From contig DASVRK010000102.1 in the NCBI GenBank assembly GCA_036388655.1, forward strand, positions 1-43,316: 43,316 bases of DNA, written 5' to 3'. Each line of letters starts with the position of its first letter. Position 1 is the first letter of the stretch. The position numbers and the translations under genes are program-made. The DNA is from Allosphingosinicella sp. GTDB lineage: Bacteria; Pseudomonadota; Alphaproteobacteria; Sphingomonadales; Sphingomonadaceae. Under the pieces are notes generated by a model. That model was not told the DNA's origin. It made no database searches and worked only from the letters and a program-made list of their open reading frames with translations. This document shows, one piece after another, positions 29,921 through 36,791 of this stretch.

Positions 29921-29949
29921 TAGCATTTTCGCCTCATTTATGTTACATA
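29921..29949 (+). promoter_or_regulatory. putative carD promoter (extended -10, lacking -7T)
   Basis: TAGCAT-N17-TACATA with TG at 29941-29942 and an AT-rich spacer. Confidence 0.4.
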
Positions 29950-30093
29950 GTCGTCATCGAAGCGGGTGCTGTCGCATCCGCGTTTTGGTGATCTAGAAGA
30001 ATCGCCGCAAAATTCTGTGACTGGGACTGCGTCTTGAACGGGGCGGAGGCAGCTTGGCACGTTTTGCGGCTATTTCCACGGGAAGGTTGATTC

Positions 30094-30630
30094 ATGGCAG
30101 CGAAGGCGTTGAACTTCGACGTTGGCGATTATGTGGTGTACCCCAAGCACGGCGTGGGCCGTGTCATCGAACTGCAGAGCACGGATATCGCCGGCATGCA
30201 GCTCGAACTGTACGTGCTCCGGTTTGAAAAGGAGCGGATGACGCTCCGCGTCCCGACCAACAAGGCCGAGAGCGTCGGCATGCGCAAGCTGTCGTCCGAC
30301 AAGACGATGCAGGAGGCGCTCGCCACCCTCAAGGGCAAGCCCAAGGTGAAGCGCACCATGTGGTCGCGCCGCGCCCAGGAATATGAGGCGAAGATCAATT
30401 CGGGCGACCTGGTGTCGATCGCCGAAGTGACTCGCGACCTGTTCCGCGCCGACGACCAGCCCGAGCAGAGCTATTCGGAGCGGCAGATTTTCGAGGCGGC
30501 CTCGAGCCGGCTCGCGCGCGAGCTCGCCGCGATGGAGGAGGTCGACGAGCCCAAGGCGCTCGAGAAGATCCTCGACATCCTCAACAAGGCGGCCGCCATC
30601 TACAACAAGGAAAAAGCGGTCGAGAAATGA
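30094..30630 (+). CDS. carD: CarD/CdnL transcription factor
   Basis: FDVGDYVVYPKHGVG, LRVP, MWSRRAQEYEAKINSGD and SYSERQIFEAA motifs. Confidence 0.96.
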   Translation: MAAKALNFDVGDYVVYPKHGVGRVIELQSTDIAGMQLELYVLRFEKERMTLRVPTNKAESVGMRKLSSDKTMQEALATLKGKPKVKRTMWSRRAQEYEAKINSGDLVSIAEVTRDLFRADDQPEQSYSERQIFEAASSRLARELAAMEEVDEPKALEKILDILNKAAAIYNKEKAVEK

Positions 30631-30705
30631 TCGGCCTGGATGGGTGGCGGCCCCGCATCCGGGGCATGACGCCCCCCATCCGCACAGCATCCGAAGATGA
30701 AGGAG

Positions 30706-30734
30706 AGGCGGCCCGGCGACGGGCCGCCTTTTTT
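30706..30734 (+). terminator. intrinsic terminator after carD
   Basis: AGGCGGCCCG-GCGA-CGGGCCGCCT followed by a T-tract. Confidence 0.88.
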
Positions 30735-30759
30735 CATGTTGCGGTTGGGCGGTCCGCCG

Positions 30760-30779
30760 TGTATTGTGTAACTAACACA
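30760..30779. promoter_or_regulatory. YtrA/GntR-like operator upstream of the GIN-domain genes
   Basis: TGTATTG-TGTAAC-TAACACA is an AT-rich imperfect palindrome resembling TGTAnTA-N6-TAnTACA. Confidence 0.55.
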
Positions 30780-30794
30780 GTCAAGGAGAATGCC

Positions 30795-31526
30795 ATGCGC
30801 TCCGCGCTCATCCTGGTCTCGACGCTTGCGCTCGCCGCCTGCAACATGGCCGGCGCCGAAGAGGGCGAAGACCGGTCCGCCGCCCCCGCCGCGCGGCAGA
30901 GCTACAATGTCGGCAGCTTCGATTCGGTCTCGCTCGGCGGTCCCTATGACGTCGTCGTCCAGGTCGGCCCCGCCGCCTCCGTGCGGGCCGAGGGCGATGC
31001 CGAGGAGATCGCGCAAATGGTGGTTGAGGTGAAGAATGGCAGCCTCGAAATCCGCAGCGCCAAGCGCAGCGGCAATTTCACGATCGGCTTCAGCCGCGAC
31101 CGCAACGTCACCGTCTACGTCACCGCCCCCTCGCTCCGCGCCGCCGCGATCGGAGGTTCGGGCGACATGCGCATCGACAAAGTGGAGGGCGGCGAGTTCG
31201 CCGCTTCGATCGGCGGCTCGGGCGACATGACGATCGCCGCGATGCGGGTCGGCGAAGCGAGTTTCTCGGTCGCCGGCTCGGGCGGCATCCGCGCCGCCGG
31301 CACCGCCGAGCGCTCGAGCGTCTCGATCGCCGGCTCCGGCGACGTGATCGTGGACGGTCTGAAGAGCCGCTCCGCGTCGGTCTCGGTCGTCGGCTCCGGA
31401 GACGTCCAGGCGAACGCCGCCGAGACCGCGGACGTCTCGATCATGGGCTCGGGCAACGTCAAGATCGCGGGCGGCGCGCGCTGCTCCGTCAACAAGGTCG
31501 GTTCCGGCGACGTCAGCTGCGGCTGA
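30795..31526 (+). CDS. head GIN domain (DUF2807) lipoprotein
   Basis: AAGGAG RBS; lipobox LAAC; repeated GSGD/GSGN beta-solenoid units; terminal GSGDVSCG. Confidence 0.9.
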   Translation: MRSALILVSTLALAACNMAGAEEGEDRSAAPAARQSYNVGSFDSVSLGGPYDVVVQVGPAASVRAEGDAEEIAQMVVEVKNGSLEIRSAKRSGNFTIGFSRDRNVTVYVTAPSLRAAAIGGSGDMRIDKVEGGEFAASIGGSGDMTIAAMRVGEASFSVAGSGGIRAAGTAERSSVSIAGSGDVIVDGLKSRSASVSVVGSGDVQANAAETADVSIMGSGNVKIAGGARCSVNKVGSGDVSCG

Positions 31527-31574
31527 CGCGCTTGGTTATCAGCCCTTAACCATTGGACGCCATGATCCTGGCTT

Positions 31575-32285
31575 ATGAACAGGATCATGCTTTCCGCCGC
31601 CGCTCTCGCGCTTGCCAGCCTCGCGGTCGCCGTCCCCGCGGCCGCCGCCGAACGGCGCTTCACCGTCACCCAGTTCGACCGGATCCAGGTCGACGGGCCG
31701 TTCGCGGTCACCGTCACCACCGGCCGTGCGACCGGCGCGCTCGCCACCGGCGATGCGCGCGCGATCGACCGGGTCTCGATCGAAGTGCAGGGCCGCGTCC
31801 TCAAGGTGCGCCCGAACCGGTCCGCATGGGGCGGCTATCCCGGCGAGGGCGCCGGCGCGGTCGCGATCGCAGTCTCCACCCATGAACTGCGCGGCGTCGC
31901 GGTAAACGGCTCCGGCACCGTCGCGATCGACAAGGCGCGCGCGATGCGGTTCGACCTCTCCGTCTCCGGCAGCGGCGTCGTCGAGCTTCCGAACCTCGAG
32001 GCCGACCGGCTCGTGCTCGGCCTGCTCGGCTCGGGCCGCATCACGCTCGGCGGCAAGGCCAAGACGGTGCGGGCGACGATCCAGGGCACCGGCGACCTCG
32101 CCGCCGCCGAGCTGATCGCCGAGGATGCCGAGCTCAACGCCGACAGCTCGGGCAAGATCGCGCTTGGCGTCAAGCGCGCCGTCAAGGTGACGGCGACCGG
32201 CGCCGGCGATGTCGAGATTGCCGGCTCGCCCGCCTGCACCGTCAAGGCGCTCGGCTCCGGCCGGGTCAGCTGCGGCGCCGACTAG
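31575..32285 (+). CDS. head GIN domain (DUF2807) exported protein
   Basis: Signal peptide, FDRIQVDGP and GSG repeats; tandem paralog of the previous gene. Confidence 0.9.
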   Translation: MNRIMLSAAALALASLAVAVPAAAAERRFTVTQFDRIQVDGPFAVTVTTGRATGALATGDARAIDRVSIEVQGRVLKVRPNRSAWGGYPGEGAGAVAIAVSTHELRGVAVNGSGTVAIDKARAMRFDLSVSGSGVVELPNLEADRLVLGLLGSGRITLGGKAKTVRATIQGTGDLAAAELIAEDAELNADSSGKIALGVKRAVKVTATGAGDVEIAGSPACTVKALGSGRVSCGAD

Positions 32286-32309
32286 GCCGTTAGTTGCCCG
32301 CCACGAATC

Positions 32310-32714
32310 TTAGATCAGCGCCAGCGCCGAAAGCTTGATCGCGAGCCCCGGCGGCATCGCGGCGATGCCGAGGTCGCTGCCGTCGAAATCCAGCGGCGCG
32401 TCATCGGCGGCGAGGTAGCGCCAGCCCTGGTGCGCGCGCTTGGGCCAGGCCCTGACCGGCACCAGCTCCGGGTCGAGCTGGATCAAGGTGCGCCGCTCCT
32501 CCGCCTCGGCAAAGCCGACGATCCGATTGCGCGCCGTGATCCGGTGCTTCACGATCCAGAAGATCGAGCCGCCGATCAGCTCCTCGGCCCGCTTCGGCCG
32601 GAACCGCGTCGTGATCGGCACGATGCCAGCGCTCAGCCGCGATTGCTGGCGCTTGCGGAGCGCGTCGAAGCTGGCGCAGCCGACCGCGACCTTGCTGATA
32701 TGGAGGGAGGACAT
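32310..32714 (-). CDS. DUF1489 family protein
   Basis: LHISKVAVG, TRFRPKRAEELIGGSIFWIVK and P.RAHQGWRYL motifs. Confidence 0.88.
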   Translation of the reverse strand: MSSLHISKVAVGCASFDALRKRQQSRLSAGIVPITTRFRPKRAEELIGGSIFWIVKHRITARNRIVGFAEAEERRTLIQLDPELVPVRAWPKRAHQGWRYLAADDAPLDFDGSDLGIAAMPPGLAIKLSALALI

Positions 32715-32755
32715 CGCCCCAGTCCTTGCCGCACTAGCGCCCGCGGATCAACAGC

Positions 32756-34171
32756 TTAGCCGACGAGGCCGGAGGCCACGGCAAGGCCGAGGAAGGCGAA
32801 GAAGCCCATCGAATCGGTGATCATCGTCACGAACACCGACGAGGCGACGGCAGGATCCTGATCGAGCCGCTCGAGCGCGAGCGGGACCAGCACTCCGGCA
32901 AGGCCGGCAATGGCGATGTTGATCAGCATCGCGACGGCGATGACGCCGCCGAGCGCCGGATTGGAGAACACCACGCCCGCTCCGATGCCCACCAGAACGG
33001 CGATGGTGAGGCCGTTGAGCAAAGCGAGCCGGACCTCGCGCCAGATCGTACGCAAGCTGTTCGACCGGGTGAGCTGGTTCATCGCCAGCGCGCGCACGGC
33101 GACGGCCATGGTCTGGGTCCCGGCATTGCCGCCGATCGAGGCGACGATGGGCATCAGCACGGCCAGCGCCACCATCTGCTCGATGGCGCCTCCGAAGGCG
33201 GCGATGATCGAGGAGGCGACCAAAGCGGTGAACAGGTTGGCGACCAGCCAGCGTACCCGCGCGCGATAGCTGTCGCGGATCGGCTGGTTGATGTCGCCTT
33301 CGTCGCCCGCGCCCGAGAGCAAAAGCACGTCCTCGCTGGCTTCCTCCTGGATGATGTGGACGATGTCGTCGACCGTGATCATGCCGACCAGCCGCCCCGA
33401 TTGATCGACGACGGCCGCGGAGATGAGCGCATATTTCTGGAAGCGGAGCGCGACTTCCTCCTGGTCCATGTCGACCGGGATCAAGGTCTGCTCGCGCTGC
33501 ATCAGGTCGGCCATGGCGACGTGGCGCGGCGTCCGCAGCACCCAGCTCAGCATCACGGTGCCGACCGGGTGATGCTGCGGGTCGACGATGTAGATTTCCC
33601 AGAAGTCGGTGGTGAGGTCCTCGCCGGCGCGGAGATAGTCGATCACCTGGCCGACATTCCAATGTTCGGGCACCGCAATCAGGTCGCGCTGCATCAGCCG
33701 GCCGGCCGATTCCTCCGGGAAGGTCAGCGCCTCCTCGATCGCGGCGCGATCGTCCGGGTCGAGCGCGCGAAGGACGGCGCGCTGGTCGTCCTCCTCCATG
33801 TCCTCGATGATCGCGACCGCGTCGTCGGTCTCGAGCTCGCCCGCTATCTCGGCGACCTGGTGCGGCTCCAGCGCGTCGATCAGCTCTTCGCGCACCCAGT
33901 CGTTCATCTCGGCGAACACGTCGCCGTCGAGCAGGTCGGCGAGCGCGGCGGCGAGCGCGCGGCGCTCGTCGCGGTCGACGATCTCGAACAGGTCGGCGAT
34001 GTCGGCGGGGTGGAGCGGCTCGACCAGCGCCCGCGCGCCGTCCGTGTCGCCCGCTTCGACCCGGTCCATCACCTGGCTGACGAATTGCGGCTTCAGCCGG
34101 TCGTCCTCGTCGAGCCGGTCGGCCGCGGAGGGCGGCGCGCCGTCGGCGATCTCGATATCGCTGTCGCTCAT
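32756..34171 (-). CDS. mgtE: magnesium transporter MgtE
   Basis: LHPADIADL, SAGRLM, CBS pair, MPIVASIGGNAGTQT and DPAVASSVFVTMITD motifs. Confidence 0.96.
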   Translation of the reverse strand: MSDSDIEIADGAPPSAADRLDEDDRLKPQFVSQVMDRVEAGDTDGARALVEPLHPADIADLFEIVDRDERRALAAALADLLDGDVFAEMNDWVREELIDALEPHQVAEIAGELETDDAVAIIEDMEEDDQRAVLRALDPDDRAAIEEALTFPEESAGRLMQRDLIAVPEHWNVGQVIDYLRAGEDLTTDFWEIYIVDPQHHPVGTVMLSWVLRTPRHVAMADLMQREQTLIPVDMDQEEVALRFQKYALISAAVVDQSGRLVGMITVDDIVHIIQEEASEDVLLLSGAGDEGDINQPIRDSYRARVRWLVANLFTALVASSIIAAFGGAIEQMVALAVLMPIVASIGGNAGTQTMAVAVRALAMNQLTRSNSLRTIWREVRLALLNGLTIAVLVGIGAGVVFSNPALGGVIAVAMLINIAIAGLAGVLVPLALERLDQDPAVASSVFVTMITDSMGFFAFLGLAVASGLVG

Positions 34172-34309
34172 CGCCCCCTCTCCTTCGCCTGGCTCGCCTG
34201 CCGCCTGTTACGGTCCGTCGCCTCGCCTGTCGATGTTTGTGACGCGGTGGGGGTGGCGCATGCCGGACGCCGCGCCTAAGTCGCCGCAAAGCGAATTTAG
34301 GAGACCTTC

Positions 34310-34783
34310 ATGGCGAACGAACTCAACACTTTGGTGCTCAGCCTCGACACCGGCAACGATGGCGGCGGCGATGTCGTCATCCGGCTGCGCCCGGACCTCG
34401 CCCCCGGTCATGTCGAGCGTATCAAGAGCCTGGTCCAGGACGGCTTTTACGACGGTGTCGTCTTCCACCGCGTCATCCCCGGCTTCATGGCGCAGGGCGG
34501 CGATCCGACCGGCACCGGCACCGGCGGCTCCAAACAGCCCAATCTCAAGGCCGAGTTCAGCGCCGAGCCGCACGTCCGCGGCACCTGCTCGATGGCCCGC
34601 GCCAGCAGCCCCGACAGCGCCAACAGCCAGTTTTTCATCTGCTTCGACGACGCCGGCTTCCTCAACGGACAATATACGGTTTGGGGCCAGGTCACCGAAG
34701 GCATGGAGCATGTCGACGCGCTCCCGGTGGGCGAGCCGCCGCGCAAGCCCGGCCGGATCGTCAAGGCCACGCTCCGCGACTGA
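34310..34783 (+). CDS. cyclophilin-type peptidyl-prolyl isomerase
   Basis: FYDGVVFHRVIPGFMAQGGDP, SMAR and ANSQFFI motifs. Confidence 0.95.
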   Translation: MANELNTLVLSLDTGNDGGGDVVIRLRPDLAPGHVERIKSLVQDGFYDGVVFHRVIPGFMAQGGDPTGTGTGGSKQPNLKAEFSAEPHVRGTCSMARASSPDSANSQFFICFDDAGFLNGQYTVWGQVTEGMEHVDALPVGEPPRKPGRIVKATLRD

Positions 34784-35538
34784 TGCGCCCGGTCACGCTC
34801 GTCACCGGCGCCTCGAGCGGTCTCGGCGCTGAATTCGCGCGCCAATGCTCGAGGCGCGGCGACGAGCTGGTGCTGGTCGCCAGGCGCAAGGACCGGCTCG
34901 AGGCGCTGGCGGCGGAGATCGGCGGCAATGCGCATGTCATCGCCGCCGATCTCGCGGCCCCGGAGGCGCCGGAAAGGCTGCTCGCCGACATCGAGGCGCT
35001 CGGCCTCACCGTCGACACCTTGATCAACAATGCCGGCTTCGGCCTAGCCGGCCCGTTCGCCAAGCTCGCGCTCGACCGGCAGGCCGAAATGATCGAGCTC
35101 AACGTCGCTTCGCTGACCCGGCTCTGTCACCTCGTTCTGCCGAAGATGCTCGGCCGGCGGCAGGGCGCCATCCTCAACGTCGCTTCGACCGGCGCCTTCC
35201 AGGCCGGGCCCGGGATCGCCGTCTATTTCGCGACCAAGGCCTATGTCCTCTCCTTCACCGAGGCGTTGCACCAGGAGCTGAAGGGCAGGGGGATCAGGGT
35301 CTCGGCGCTGTGCCCGGGCCCGACCCGCACCGAGTTCGGCGAGGTCGCCGGCTTCACCAGTGCGAGCTTCGACCGCTTCGCGGCCGATGCGGCCAGTGTG
35401 GTCACGGCCGGCCTCCACGGCCTCGATCGCAACAAGGCGGTGGTGATCCCCGGCCTCACCAACAAGCTGAGCGCTCAATCGAACCGGCTGATCCCCCGCG
35501 CCGCGATGCGCCGCATCGTCGGCGCGCTGAAGCTCTAG
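34783..35538 (+). CDS. SDR family oxidoreductase
   Basis: TGATG overlap; TGASSGLG, NNAGFG and YFATK motifs. Confidence 0.92.
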   Translation: MRPVTLVTGASSGLGAEFARQCSRRGDELVLVARRKDRLEALAAEIGGNAHVIAADLAAPEAPERLLADIEALGLTVDTLINNAGFGLAGPFAKLALDRQAEMIELNVASLTRLCHLVLPKMLGRRQGAILNVASTGAFQAGPGIAVYFATKAYVLSFTEALHQELKGRGIRVSALCPGPTRTEFGEVAGFTSASFDRFAADAASVVTAGLHGLDRNKAVVIPGLTNKLSAQSNRLIPRAAMRRIVGALKL

Positions 35539-36452
35539 GGCGCGGCCGCGCCTGCCGGCGGGCGCGCCTCCTCGCCTTCCACCCATTCGAACAGCCAGTC
35601 GTGGAAGATGCGGACCGGCCGCCGCGCCAGCGCGGAGCGGCGGCAGGCGAACCAATAGCTGTAGGGGCTCTCCACCTTGACGTCGAACAGCTGCACGAGC
35701 CGGTCGTCATGCGCCTCCTTCAAATGGCTTTCGAGCATGAAGGCAACGCCCAGCCCCTGCGCGGCCGCGTCGAGGATGAGCTGGCCCGAGTCGAAATGAT
35801 CGATCGCCGCCGGCTGGAGCTCGGGCAGGCCGACCGCCTCGCGCCAATAGTCGAACGTGTCCGGCAGGTCGCGGTGGAGGAAGATGGTCGCTCCGGCGAG
35901 CTGGGCCGGATGGGTCAGCGCCTGCGGGCCGTCCCTGAGCTCGTGCGATCCGATCGCGATCACGCAATTGCTGTCGATGCGGCGCGCATAGAGGTTGGGA
36001 TCGATCTCGGTGGCGATCGCGATCGCCGCGTCCAGCCCCTCGTCGAGGCGGGTGAGGCCGTGCGCGCCGGTATCGATGTCGATGTGGAGATCGGGGTGGA
36101 GCGTGCGCAGCTCCGACAGATGCGGCATCAGCCGCTGCGAGGCGAACAGCGGCAGCACCGCCAGCCGCAGTCGCATGAAATCGGCCTCGCCCGTGGCCCG
36201 CTCCATCGCCAGCGCCAGCGCGTCCAGCGAAGAAGCGATCTCGGCCAGCAGCCGCTCCCCGTCAGGGTTGAGGTGCAAGGCCTGGTGGCGCCGCTCGAAC
36301 AAGGGGTGGCCGACAAACCGCTCGAACGCCTGCAGCCGCCGGCTCAGCGCCGGGGAGGACAGGGCCAGCGCTTCCGCGGCCGCCTTGACGGAGCCCAGCC
36401 GCGCCACCTGGATGAAGGCTTCGAGCGCCGTCAAAGGGGGTAGCCTGCGCAT
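35535..36452 (-). CDS. LysR family regulator (GcvA-like; probable SuhR-type activator of the divergent sRNA)
   Basis: MRRLPPLTALEAF HTH...LSSPALSRR..E...G..LFER, followed by a substrate-binding domain. Confidence 0.93.
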   Translation of the reverse strand: MRRLPPLTALEAFIQVARLGSVKAAAEALALSSPALSRRLQAFERFVGHPLFERRHQALHLNPDGERLLAEIASSLDALALAMERATGEADFMRLRLAVLPLFASQRLMPHLSELRTLHPDLHIDIDTGAHGLTRLDEGLDAAIAIATEIDPNLYARRIDSNCVIAIGSHELRDGPQALTHPAQLAGATIFLHRDLPDTFDYWREAVGLPELQPAAIDHFDSGQLILDAAAQGLGVAFMLESHLKEAHDDRLVQLFDVKVESPYSYWFACRRSALARRPVRIFHDWLFEWVEGEEARPPAGAAAP

Positions 36453-36539
36453 CTGGCCGCCGTTACGGCATCCTCTCTCTTGTGCGGCGCAAAGTCATTG
36501 CTGCACCGCAACGCTCAAGTAAGCACGCCCATTTCCGAG

Positions 36540-36605
36540 TGCAAGACGTGCAATCGCCGGCTTCCTCTTCGCAATTGCACAATGGGCTGATCGGGGCGAC
36601 ATAGC
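36540..36605 (+). promoter_or_regulatory. LysR box and sRNA promoter
   Basis: TGCA-AGACG-TGCA (T-N11-A dyad, 36540-36552); -35 TTGCAC at 36575-36580; -10-like GACATAG at 36598. Confidence 0.55.
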
Positions 36606-36607
36606 CT

Positions 36608-36672
36608 GTGCCTTTCAGGCATCCTCTCCTATAAACTTTCAGGGTCGGTCCTCCGGGACCGGCCCTTTTTTT
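36608..36672 (+). ncRNA. suhB: SuhB/MmgR-like small RNA
   Basis: 5' hairpin TGCCT-TTC-AGGCA, anti-SD-like TCCTCTCCT, AU-rich linker, terminator AGGGTCGGTCC-TCCG-GGACCGGCCCT plus T-tract. Divergent from lysR. Family name recalled from memory, not searched. Confidence 0.7.
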
Positions 36673-36791
36673 GTCCTTCGTCCCTTAGACGCAGCGAAAT
36701 CCCGCGTCTCGCCTAACCTTTTTTGAACCCTCGCTCGCAAGCGCCGTTCTCGCTCCCTATGTGACTGCGGGGCCCCGGGAGACGAGATCCA

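Noticed and set aside
30055..30068. sigma-54-like TGGCACG...TTGC upstream of carD
   Set aside because: The GG-to-GC spacing is 2 nt too short, and sigma-54 spacing is strict.
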